From NCBI RefSeq assembly GCF_011386835.1, contig NC_088794.1, positions 8,680,001 to 8,744,000 on the forward strand: a DNA stretch of 64,000 bases. The letters are read 5' to 3'. The notes under the pieces were generated by a model. That model was not told the origin of the DNA and did not search any database. It worked only from the letters and a program-made list of their open reading frames with translations. The DNA comes from Chrysemys picta bellii. Taxonomy: Eukaryota. Positions 47,793-58,030 of the stretch are shown here, one piece after another (within the stretch, counting starts at the first letter, position 1; each line of letters opens with the position of its first letter). The position numbers were made by a program, and so were the translations under genes.

Positions 47793-49179
47793 CAGGGGTC
47801 TCAAACTCAAATGACCATGAGGGCCACATGAGGACTAGTACATTGGCCAGAGGGCCGCATTACTGACACCTCCCCGCATGCCTCCCTCGGCCCCGCCCCC
47901 ACTCCACCCCTTCCATGAGGCCCTGCCCCTGCCCCGCCTCTTCCCACCCCTTCCCTGCCCCCATTCCAACCCCTTCCCCCAAATCCCCACCCCAACTCTG
48001 TCCCCTCCCTGCCCCCAGGGGGTGCAGGAGGGGTGTGGTGGGAGCTCAGGGCAGGGAGTTGGGGTGTGGGGTGCAGGAGGGGTGAGGGGTACAACAAGGG
48101 CTCAGGGTGCAGGGTGCGGCAAGGGGATCAGGGCAGTGGGTTGGGGTGCAAGAGGACTGCGGGGTGCGGCATGGGGCTCAGGGCAGTGGGTTGGGATGCA
48201 GGAAGGGTGCGGGGTGAGGCAGGGGGTCGGGGTGCAGGTTACGGCAGGGGGTCAGGGTGCAGGGTGCGGCATGGGGCTCAGGGCAGTGGGTTGGGATGCA
48301 GGAGGGGTGCAGGGTGTGGCAGGGGGCTCAGGGCAGGGGGTTCGGCTGCAGGAGGGGTTCGGGGAGCAGGATCTGGCCCAGCGCGTACTGGGGGCAGAGC
48401 AGGGTCCCTGCCTGCTGCCTACCTGCCCTGCCCCCGCAAGAGGCTGGAACGTGGGGAAGGGGGGGCGGGTCAGGGTGCGGCAGGGGGATCAGGGCAGTGG
48501 GTTGGGGTGCAAGAGGAGTGTGGGCTGCGGCATGGGGCTCAAGGCAGTGGGTTGGGATGAGGCAGGGGGTCGGGGTGCAGGAGGGGTGCAGGGTATGGCA
48601 GGGGGTCAGGGTGCAGGGTGCGGCATGGGGCTCAGGGCAGTGGGTTGGGATGCAGGAAGGGTGCGGGGTGAGGCAGGGGGTCGGGGTGCAGGAGGGGTGC
48701 AGGGTATGGCAAGGGGTCAGGGTGCAGGGTGCAGCATGGGGCTCAGGTCAGTGGGTTGGGATGCAGGAGGGGTTCGGGGAGCAGGATCTGGCCCAGCGCG
48801 TACTGGGGGCAGGGCAAGGTCCCTGCCTGCTGCCTACCTGCCCTGCCCCCGCAAGAGGCTGGAACGTGGGGAAGGGGGGCGGAGGGGCTGTATGTTTCTG
48901 TTGCTTGAGGCACCGCCTCCAGCAGCTCCCATTGGCCGCGGCCAATTGGAGCTGCTGGGGGCGCTGCCTGAAGCAACAGCCACACACAGCCGCTCCGCCC
49001 CCCCTTCCCCACGTTCCAGCCTTTTCCCGGAGCTGCGGAGGGCAGGGCAGGGCAGGCAGGGAGCATGCCCTGCCCCTGGTGCATGTCCGGCCGGAGCCGC
49101 TCTGGTAAATACTGGGGGAGGGCGGGGGGCTCGCGGGCCGCAGAAAATCACCCTGCGGGCCACGTGTTCGAGACCCCTG
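47793..49179. mobile_element. hAT (Charlie-like) non-autonomous element with expanded G-rich minisatellite
   Basis: TIR CAGGGGTCTCAAAC / GTTCGAGACCCCTG; exact 8-bp TSD CTCTAGAG. Confidence 0.9.
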
Positions 49180-49861
49180 CTCTAGAGCATGCTGTCTCTG
49201 AGCCACCTACAAGGCAGGGGAACTGGCTGGCCCAGACAGGTCAGGGAATAGGATATGGGGCCTTTCCCATCTGGGGGAGCATGCAAAACTGAGCATCATT
49301 ATTCACCTCCAGCAAAGACCACAAGCAGCCTGGTGTTTTTGAACTGTGACCTAGCTGCATCCAGGGAAGGTCTTTATTCTGTGATTAGCCAATGGAACTA
49401 CCTGCCACAGGATTCAAAGTAGGATCAACATTTCTGTGGATTATAAGAACAGCCAGAGACCTGATACAGAGAGGAGGAAATATCGACAAGGCTCTGCCAG
49501 GGCACAAGCCAGCCCTGAACTGCCTGGTTTTAAGGGGAAACTGCCCCTCTGGACAGTTATTCCAGATCTGGCCTCTGCAGCAGGGGTGTGCATGGGGGAG
49601 CTCTACAGGGTTAGAAGAGCCCATTGGTCTGAGGCAGGAGGGGCATCTGGGAGCCAGAATATATGGGTTCTACATATATTAAGGGACCCTCCCAGCTACT
49701 GCAGCAGTGGGAGGAATCTTGTCCCCGGTGCACAGTGGGTGAGATCACAGCAACAGAACTGGAATTAGAACCCAGGCGTCCTGGCGAGCAGTACCCCCTG
49801 CCTTAGCCCCCAGGACCCTGCTCCCCAGCCCCAACAATAGAACCCAGGTGTCCTGCCCCCC

Positions 49862-51745
49862 TTAGAGGGTGGTGGTTGCATATTTCACCCTGACAGCCCT
49901 GATAGCTGCTTCCCCCCTGTCTAGGCTGTAGGCGGAGGGAGCCCGCCAGGGGCCCAGCCCCCCCACACTCAGCAGCCTCCTGGTAACACGTCGGAAGGAG
50001 GGCACAGGGGGGTCGCGGTGGATCCGCAGCTCCTTGGTGGTGCGGAAGGTTGGGGGCTCTATGGGGCTCCTGAAGCTGCTAAGATGCATCATGGGGGGTG
50101 CTGCCCCCTCCCCCTTTCTCAGCAGCTGGTACCGCACCAGCCGTGCCCCCGGGGGACTCCTCAGAGCTGGGCGATACCAGCCCAGATATACCCAGCCCAT
50201 CCAGCCCAGGAGAGCCAGCATGGGCAGCAGCAGCAGCAGCAAGGAGGCCAGGTAAAGCGCCAGGTGCAGCAGGCAGCAATGGGCTAGCACCCAGTGGCCC
50301 CACTGTGGGCCCGCCCTGCCCTGCTGATGACCAATGGGCATCGCTGGGGGTGGGGTGGGGCATGTGCAGAGGCGGGGAGCCCCCATCGGAGGGGGTGGCT
50401 GGTGGCAGGGGGTGATGTGGAGAGGGCTGGTATGGAAGGGAGGCGAGGGGATAAGGGAGGTGGTGGGAGTCATGGGGGTGCTGGGGAGCCATGGGGGTGC
50501 AAGTTCTGGGGCAGTAGTGGGAGGCATGGTGGTGGTTGGGGGCAAGGTGGTGGAGGGAGAAGTAGTGGGAGGCACAGGGGTGGTTGGGTGTAGAGTGGTG
50601 GAGGGGGCAGTAGTGGGAGGCACAGGAGTGGTTGGGGGCTGGTTGGTGGAGGGGGCAATAGTGGGGGTCACAGGAGTGGTTGGGGGCTGGGTGGTGGAGG
50701 GGGCAATAGTGGGGGGCACAGGAGTGGTTGCGGGCAGGGTGGTGGAGAAGGCAATAGTGGGGGGTACAGGGTTAGTTGGGGGCAAGGTGGTGGAGGGGAC
50801 AGTAGCAGAAGGCACTGGGGTTCCCTCCTCTGTCATTGTCCCATTGATATCCAAGTATGTGTCCCCTGCTTTGCTGCAGGCCTGCTGGAACTCGAGGACA
50901 GGGCTCCCGTGGTGTCTGAGGGGCTCATCGCACACGGGGCTCTGGGGATCATTCTCAGTCAGCAGCTCGTCTGACCTCTGCTCCTGGATGTAGATGCTGA
51001 ACTCATTCTCCTCAATCCAGCCCCGCAGATAGGCCAGGCCACAGTCACAGCGCCAGGGGTTCCCTGCTAGGTAGACATAGTCTAATGTGTGCCCCTCGGG
51101 GAAGAAGCCGCTGGGCAGAGTGCGGAGCTGGTTCCCTGACAGCCTCAGTGTCTCCAGCTTCAGCCCAGCCAACAGCCCCCGCGGCAGCTCCTCCAGGGCG
51201 TTATCAGACAGGTCCAGGTCCTTCAACATGGCCACGCCCTCAAAGGCCTCTTCTGGCAGCGTCCGCAGCTGGTTCCCCCGTAGATTCAGCTCCGTCAGGT
51301 TCCCCACATCCCGGAAGGCCCCTGGCAGCAGCCCTGAAATGTTGTTGTGAGCCAGGACCAGGCGGGTGAGGGCAGGCAGGCCCTGCAGTGTGGGCAGCAC
51401 CCCCAGGGCATTGTGGGACAGGACCAGCTCCTGCAGCAAGGGCAGGGGGGGCCCAGTGTGCAGCGCACCCAGTGCATTGCCTGACAGGTCCAGCTCAGCC
51501 AGCTCCGGGAGGTGCTGGAAGGCGGCAGTGGAGACGGACGCCAGGCGGTTGGAGCTGAGCAGCAGGATGCTGGTGTTCCTGGGCAGGGCAAGTGGCACCA
51601 CGCTGAGCCCCTTTCCGGAGCAGTTCACCTGCAGTCGGTCCTTGATCAGGTTCATCTCGGACGGGCATGGCTCCCCTGGACCCACAGCGCCAGCCACAGA
51701 GAGCAGGGCCAGGAGGGCTAGGTGAGGTGAGATGGGGCACAGCAT
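49862..51745 (-). CDS. GP1BA: Platelet glycoprotein Ib alpha-like, locus B, intact, 627 aa
   Basis: Single coding exon with ATG just after the acceptor. Signal peptide, LRRNT, LRRs, LRRCT, Pro/Thr mucin stalk, juxtamembrane CC (AHCCLLHLALY vs human FCCLLPLGFY), TM, PTFR motif and C-terminal ...SLDRGEAAIRAVRVKYATTTL (human ..[22 protein letters not shown]). AATAAA on the - strand near 49375. Confidence 0.93.
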   Translation of the reverse strand: MLCPISPHLALLALLSVAGAVGPGEPCPSEMNLIKDRLQVNCSGKGLSVVPLALPRNTSILLLSSNRLASVSTAAFQHLPELAELDLSGNALGALHTGPPLPLLQELVLSHNALGVLPTLQGLPALTRLVLAHNNISGLLPGAFRDVGNLTELNLRGNQLRTLPEEAFEGVAMLKDLDLSDNALEELPRGLLAGLKLETLRLSGNQLRTLPSGFFPEGHTLDYVYLAGNPWRCDCGLAYLRGWIEENEFSIYIQEQRSDELLTENDPQSPVCDEPLRHHGSPVLEFQQACSKAGDTYLDINGTMTEEGTPVPSATVPSTTLPPTNPVPPTIAFSTTLPATTPVPPTIAPSTTQPPTTPVTPTIAPSTNQPPTTPVPPTTAPSTTLHPTTPVPPTTSPSTTLPPTTTMPPTTAPELAPPWLPSTPMTPTTSLIPSPPFHTSPLHITPCHQPPPPMGAPRLCTCPTPPPAMPIGHQQGRAGPQWGHWVLAHCCLLHLALYLASLLLLLLPMLALLGWMGWVYLGWYRPALRSPPGARLVRYQLLRKGEGAAPPMMHLSSFRSPIEPPTFRTTKELRIHRDPPVPSFRRVTRRLLSVGGLGPWRAPSAYSLDRGEAAIRAVRVKYATTTL

Positions 51746-52084
51746 GGTCTGCACGGGAGACAAGAGGATGCTCAGGACACAGACATCACAGGGCATGTCT
51801 ACACTAACCAGCTCAGACTGCAACTGAGACTTGTGACTCCCCAGTCTGGAGTGCTGGGGACAACTCCCGGTGGGATATCCCACAATGGTCCCATCTAGAC
51901 CAACCCAGCTGGTGCTGCAACAGAGTTGGGTCCCCTGAGCAGATACTAGCTCTAATAACAAGGGCTCCCTAACCCCCCAGTGCCCTCTGTCCCATCAGGC
52001 ACCTGCACCCTGACCACACTGGGGACCAGCTACACTAACCCTGCTGGTGCTGTAACAGTGTCAGGGAGCTGCCATTAGCACCAT

Positions 52085-52300
52085 GGACAAGGAGTTGACT
52101 CCCCCACACCTCCAGGTTGGACTAAACTCAAAAGGTTTGAATCTATCCCTGTAGTTTCCTTTTCACCTAATCCCGTATCTTCTGCTCCCCTTATAGCCAC
52201 GGCAGCTGGTCCAGCCAGGAGACGCCCCCCCGCCGCCAGGTAATTACCACATCCAGTCCCCACCTGCCTCTATCACCTGCCTTTGCTTCAACCACTTCCC
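52085..52300 (-). promoter_or_regulatory. Exon 1 / promoter of locus B with TATA-like, GATA and Ets motifs
   Basis: GCTATAAGGG near 52195; TGATAG at ~52270-52275; GGAAGT at 52294-52299. The exon 1 donor is weak (CTT|GTCCAT). Confidence 0.6.
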
Positions 52301-52374
52301 CCAGTGGCATCTGCGTGAGGGGAGCACGATTAAAGCATCTGGCATTTAGTGCCTTCAGCACCAGGTGAGGGATC

Positions 52375-53040
52375 ACTGTGTAAACAGCCTCTGTGCCCCA
52401 CTCCAGAGGGGGTACATCCCTGGATTAAACAGCTTCCCCGCACCCGGAGTTTCCTGTACAAACAGCTGCCCCACCCCAGAGGTGGCTGCATCTCACTGAT
52501 GCTTACCCGTCCCTATGGACTCACCTGGGGTCTCTGCAGGGGTTGCTCTCCCACCTGTGTCGCCCTCACTCCCAGCTGTGGATTGAGAGGTTGCTCTGGG
52601 GGTAGATTTTCCCACTGTGCTGACTGACTGCATCAGGCATCCTGAGCCCAACCTCATATCAGCCTCTGCAGCTGCTGGGGGGTGGGTATGTGGTTTTCTG
52701 TGATATCAAACAGACACTGATCCCGCCTTCCCCATTCCTACCCTCAAGGCATTAAAAGCCCCCATAGAAGTCACATCAGAGTCCAGCCAGATTACAGGTG
52801 GGGACTGCTTTCTGATCCACTCCATAAACTATTGCCCCACTCCAGAAACTGTACCACAGAACCGGGCAAGGGATCCCCATACAAATAGCAGGTATACTCC
52901 GGAAGAGGACACATCTTAGTGCGAGGCAAATGATGGTTGTACAACCAGCTGTCCCACCCCAGAGGCATCCGCATTACAGCACTGGGCAAGAGCTCCAATT
53001 ATAAACAGCCTTTGTGCCTTTCCCCAGAGGCGGTTGCATC
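52375..53040 (+). repeat. Dispersed degenerate copies of an AmnSINE/L2-tail-like motif (TAAACAGC...CCAGAGGTGGCTGCAT); duplicated at 58105-58770, more copies at 59170-59345
   Basis: Copies near 52379, 52426, 52458, 52880, 52940 and 53000; resemblance to the AmnSINE1 3' tail from recall. Confidence 0.55.
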
Positions 53041-53400
53041 TAGATTAATAAATTCCAAGGCCAGAAGGGACCACTGTGATCATTTAGTCTGACCTCCTGG
53101 CTAACACAGGCCAGACACCTCCTCCCAAATAATCCCTAGAGCAGAGCTTGTAGAAAAACATCCAATCTTGATTTATAAATTGTCAGTGATGGAGAATCCA
53201 CCTTTGGTAATTGGTTCCAGTGGTTAATTACTCTCCCCATGCAAAATTGAGGCCTTATTTCCAGTCTGAATTTATCTAGCTTCCACTTCTAGCCATTGGA
53301 TCCTGTTCTACCTTTCTCTGCTAGTTTGAAGAACACATGATCAAAGATTTGTTGCCCATATAGATACTTATAGAGGTAACCAAGTCACCCCTTAACCATC
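53041..53400 (-). mobile_element. Old CR1 3' end (duplicate at ~58770-59135)
   Basis: aaggccagaagggaccactgtgatcatttagtctgacctcctg...ccttatttccagtctgaatt is the antisense of a CR1 3' region. Confidence 0.75.
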
Positions 53401-53994
53401 TCTTTGTGTGTATGTTAGTTACAGAGGAAGTAGAAATTAGAAAGTGCTCTAGCCGCAGTTTAATGAATGAAGTGGGAAATCAGACACTTATATAGGAAAT
53501 GGAAGCAGAACTCGAAGCCATTAAACAATCATACAACTATCCACTCTTCTCTTTCCTATCAGATGCTGCTGCAAATCAGCTGCAAGGTGGGGGAACTGGC
53601 CATCTTAGCGTGCTGGGGACTGGGAGATGGGGCATTTCCCCTCTAGAGAGCACTGACCTTGGCTCCCATCTGGCCCCAGGGCAGGAGACTTGCTGGCTCA
53701 GGGCAGCGGGGAGTGGGACATGCAGCCTCTCTTTTCTAGTGGGTGCCAGCTTCGATCTAGCCTCAGGGCAGGGGATTGGCAGGCTGAGGGGAGTGGGGAG
53801 CAGGACATAGGGCCTTTCCTTTCTAGGAGGCGCCAGCTCCAGTCCAGCCCCAGAGTGGGAAATTGGCTGGCTAAGGGCGGTAGGAGATTAGGCATTTCCC
53901 CTCTAGAGGGCACTGGCTTATGTAACCCCAGGGGAGGGGATCTAGCCATCCCAGAGTGGTAGGGATTGGGATATGGGGTGTTTTCGCTCTAGAG

Positions 53995-54917
53995 CAGGGG
54001 TCTCAAACTCAAATGACCATGAGGGCCACATGAGGACTAGTACATTGGCCCAAGGGCCGCATTACTGACACCTCCCCCCCGCCACCCTCAGCCCCGCCCC
54101 CACTCCACCCCTTCCATGAGGCCCCGCCCCTGCCCTGCCTCTTCCCACCCCTTCCCTGCCCCCATTCCAACCCCTTCCCCCAAATCCCCACCCCACTCTG
54201 CCCCCTCCCTGCCCCCAGGGGGTCCAGGAGGGGTGTGGTGGGGGCTCAGGGCAGGGAGTTGGGGTGTGGGGTGCAGGAGGGGTGAGCAGTACAGCAAGGG
54301 GTCAGTGTGCGGCAGGGGGATCAGGGCAGTGGGTTGGGATGCAGGAAGGGTGTGGGGTGAGGCAGGGGGTCGGGGTGCAGTGTATGGCAGGGGGTCAGGG
54401 TGCAGGGTGCGGCATGGGGCTCAGGGCAGTGGGTTGGGATGCAGGAGGGGTGCATGGTGTGGCAGGGGGCTCAGGGCAGGGGTTCGGCTGCAGGAGGGGT
54501 TCGGGGGGCAGGATCTGGCCCAGCGCGTACCGGGGGCAGGGCAGGGTCCCTGCCTGCCTTCCCTGCCCCCGCGCTGCTCCGGGAAGAGGCTGGAACGTGG
54601 GGAAGGGGGGGCGGAGGGGCTGTGTGTTTCTGTTGCTTGAGGCACCGCCTCCAGCAGCTCTCATTGGCCGCAGTTACCCGTTCCCGGCCAATTGGAGCTG
54701 CTGGGGGCACTGCCTGAAGCAACAGCCACACACAGCCGCTCCGCCCCCCTTCCCCACGTTCCAGCCTTTTCCTGGAGCTGCGCCGGGCAGGGCAGGCAGG
54801 CAGGCAGGGAGCATGCCCTGCCCCCGGTGCATGTCCGGCCGGAGCCGCTCTGGTAAACACTGGGGGGCTCACGGGCTACAGAAAATCACCCTGCAGGCCA
54901 CGTGTTCGAGACCCCTG
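53995..54917. mobile_element. Duplicate of the hAT at 47793, with shorter minisatellite
   Basis: Same TIRs and CTCTAGAG TSD; 923 bp vs 1387 bp. Confidence 0.9.
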
Positions 54918-55597
54918 CTCTAGAGCATGCTGTCTCTGAGCCACCTACAAGGCAGGGGAACTGGCTGGCCCAGACAGGTCAGGGAATAGGATATGGGGCT
55001 TTCCCATCTGGGGGAGCATGCAAAACTGAGCATCATTATTCACCTCCAGCAAAGACCACAAGCAGCCTAGTGTTTTTGAACTGTGACCTAGTTGCATCCA
55101 GGGAAGGTCTTTATTCTGTGATTAGCCAATGGAACTACCTGCCACAGGATTCAAAGTAGGATCAACATTTCTGTGGATTATAAGAACAGCCAGAGACCTG
55201 ATACAGAGAGGAGGAAATATCGACAAGGCTCTGCCAGGGCACAAGCCAGCCCTGAACTGCCTGGTTTTAAGGGGAAACTGCCCCTCTGGACAGTTATTCC
55301 AGATCTGGCCTCTGCAGCAGGGGTGTGCATGGGGGAGCTCTACAGGGTTAGAAGAGCCCATTGGTCTGAGGCAGGAGGGGCATCTGGGGGCCAGAATATA
55401 TGGGTTGTACATATATTAAGGGAGCCTCCCAGCTACTGCAGCAGTGGGAGGAATCTTGTCCCCGGTGCACAGTGGGTGAGATCACAGCAACAGAACTGGA
55501 ACTAGAACCCAGGCGTCCTGGCGAGCAGCACCCCCTGCCTTAGCCCCCAGGACCCTGCTCCCCAGCCCCAGCAATAGAACCCAGGTGTCCTGCCCCC

Positions 55598-57472
55598 CTA
55601 GAGGGTGGTGGTTGCATATTTCACCCTGACCGCCCCGATAGCTGCTTCCCCCCTGTCTAGGCTGTAGGCGGAGGGAGCCCGCCAGGGGCCCAGCCCCCCC
55701 ACACTCAGCAGCCTCCTGGTAACACGTCGGAAGGAGGGCACAGGGGGGTCGCGGTGGATCCGCAGCTCCTTGGTGGTGCGGAAGGTTGGGGGCTCTATGG
55801 GGCTCCTGAAGCTGCTAAGATGCATCATGGGGGGTGCTGCCCCCTCCCCCTTTCTCAGCAGCTGGTACCGCACCAGCCGTGCCCCCGGGGGACTCCTCAG
55901 AGCTGGGCGATACCAGCCCAGATATACCCAGCCCATCCAACCCAGGAGAGCCAGCATGGGCAGCAGCAGCAGCAGCAAGGAGGCCAGGTAAAGCGCCAGG
56001 TGCAGCAGGCAGCAATGGGCTAGCACCCAGTGGCCCCACTGTGAGCCCGCCCTGCCCTGCTGACGCCCAGCCACGGGCATCGCTGGGGGTGGGGTGGGGC
56101 ATGTGCAGAGGCGGGGAGCCCCCATCGGAGGGGGTGGCTGGTGGCAGGGGGTGATGTGGAGAGGGCTGGTATGGAAGGGAGGCGAGGGGATAAGGGAGGT
56201 GGTGGGAGTCATGGGGGTGCTGGGGAGCCGTGCGGGTGCTGGGGATGCAGGTTCTGGAGCAGTAGTGGGGGGCAGGGTGGTGGCAGGGACAGTAGTGGGG
56301 GGCACGGGAGTAGTTGGGGGCAGGGTGGTGGGGGGCACAGGGGTGGTTGGGGGCAGGGTGGTGGAAGGGGCAGTGGTGGGGAGTTTGGGGCTGGTTGGGG
56401 GCAGGGTGGTGCAGGGGGCAGTAGTTGGGGGCACAGGGGTGGTTGGGGGCAGGGTGGTGGAGGGGGCAGTAGTGGGGGGCCCAGGGGTGGTTGGGGGCAG
56501 AGTGGTGGAGGGGACAGTAGTGGAGGGCACAGGGGTTCCCTCCTCTGTCATTGTCCCATCGATATCCAAATCTTCATCATTGTCTGTGTCCCCTGCTTTG
56601 CCACAGGCCTGCTTGAACTCGAGGACAGGGCTCCCGTGATGTCTGAGGGGCTCATCGCACACGGGGCTCTGGGGATCATTCTCAGTCAGCAGCCCGTCTG
56701 GGCTCTGCTCCTGGATGTAGATGCTGAAGTCGTTGTCCTTGATCCAGCCTCGCAAATAGGCCAGGCCACAGTCACAGCGCCAGGGGTTCCCTGCCAGGAA
56801 GACGAAGGCAAACATGTGGCCCTCGGGGAAGAAGCCGCCGGGCAGAGTGCGGAGCTGGTTCCCTGACAGCCTCAGTGTCTCCAGCTCCAGCCCAACCAAC
56901 AGCCCCAGCGGCAGCTCCTCCAGGGCGTTATCAGACAGGTCCAGGTCCTTCAACATGGCCAGGCCCTCAAAGGCCTCTTCTGGCAGCGTCCGCAGCTGGT
57001 TCCCCCGTAGATTCAGATCCATCAGGTTCCCCACATCCCGGAAGGCCCCTGGCAGCAGCCCTGAAATGTTGTTGTGAGCCAGGGCCAGGCGGGTGAGGGC
57101 AGGCAGGCCCTGCAGTGTGGGCAGCACCCCCAGGGCATTGTGGGACAGGACCAGCTCCTGCAGCAAGGGCAGGGGGGGCCCAGTGTGCAGCACCCCCAGG
57201 GCATTGTGGGACAGGTCCAGCTCAGCCAGCTCCGGGAGGTGCTGGAAGGTGGCAGTAGAGACGGACGCCAGGCGGTTGGAGCTGAGCAGCAGGATGCTGG
57301 TGTTCCTGGGCAGGGCAAGTGGCACCACGCTGAGCCCCTGTCCGGAGCAGTTCACCTGCAGTCGGTCCTTGATCAGGTTCATCTCGGACGGGCATGGCTC
57401 CCCTGGACCCACAGCGCCAGCCACAGAGAGCAGGGCCAGGAGGGCTAGGTGAGGTGAGGTGGGGCACAGCAT
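55598..57472 (-). CDS. GP1BA: Platelet glycoprotein Ib alpha-like, locus C, intact, 624 aa
   Basis: Same architecture as locus B with an uninterrupted ORF; TM and tail are nearly identical to B. Confidence 0.93.
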   Translation of the reverse strand: MLCPTSPHLALLALLSVAGAVGPGEPCPSEMNLIKDRLQVNCSGQGLSVVPLALPRNTSILLLSSNRLASVSTATFQHLPELAELDLSHNALGVLHTGPPLPLLQELVLSHNALGVLPTLQGLPALTRLALAHNNISGLLPGAFRDVGNLMDLNLRGNQLRTLPEEAFEGLAMLKDLDLSDNALEELPLGLLVGLELETLRLSGNQLRTLPGGFFPEGHMFAFVFLAGNPWRCDCGLAYLRGWIKDNDFSIYIQEQSPDGLLTENDPQSPVCDEPLRHHGSPVLEFKQACGKAGDTDNDEDLDIDGTMTEEGTPVPSTTVPSTTLPPTTPGPPTTAPSTTLPPTTPVPPTTAPCTTLPPTSPKLPTTAPSTTLPPTTPVPPTTLPPTTPVPPTTVPATTLPPTTAPEPASPAPARLPSTPMTPTTSLIPSPPFHTSPLHITPCHQPPPPMGAPRLCTCPTPPPAMPVAGRQQGRAGSQWGHWVLAHCCLLHLALYLASLLLLLLPMLALLGWMGWVYLGWYRPALRSPPGARLVRYQLLRKGEGAAPPMMHLSSFRSPIEPPTFRTTKELRIHRDPPVPSFRRVTRRLLSVGGLGPWRAPSAYSLDRGEAAIGAVRVKYATTTL

Positions 57473-57809
57473 GGTCTGCAGGGGAGACAAGAGCATGCTC
57501 AGGACACAGACATCACAGGGCATGTCTACACTAACCAGCTCAGACTGCAACTGAGACTTGTGACTCCCCAGTCTGGAGTGCTGGGGACAACTCCCGGTGG
57601 GATATCCCACAATGGTCCCATCTACACCAACCCAGCTGGTGCTGCAACAGAGTTGGGTCCCCTGAGCAGATACTAGCTCTAATAACAAGGGCTCCCTAGC
57701 TCCCCAATGCCCTCTGTCCCATCAGGCATCTGCACCCTGACCACACTGGGGACCAGCTACACTAACCCTGCTGGTGCTGTAACAGTGTCAGGGAGCTGCC
57801 ATTAGCACC

Positions 57810-58030
57810 ACTTACAAGGAGTTGACTCCCCCACAGCTCCAGGCTGGACTAAACTCAAAAGGTTTGAATCTATCCCTGTAGTTTCCTTTTCACCTAATCC
57901 CGTATCTTCTGCTCCCCTTATAGCCACGGCAGCTGGTCCAGCCAGGAGACGCCCCTCCCCCCCCGCCAGGTAATTACCACATCCAGTCCCCACCTCCCTC
58001 TATCACCTGCCTTTGCTTCAACCACTTCCC
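57810..58030 (-). promoter_or_regulatory. Exon 1 / promoter of locus C
   Basis: Consensus donor CTT|GTAAGT near 57815; TATA-like near 57920; TGATAG at ~58000-58005; GGAAGT at 58024-58029. Confidence 0.65.

Noticed and set aside
47878-49185. 435-aa and 283-aa Gly/Ala-rich ORFs
   Set aside because: They lie within the G-rich minisatellite of a TIR/TSD-bounded hAT element; low complexity explains the lack of stops.
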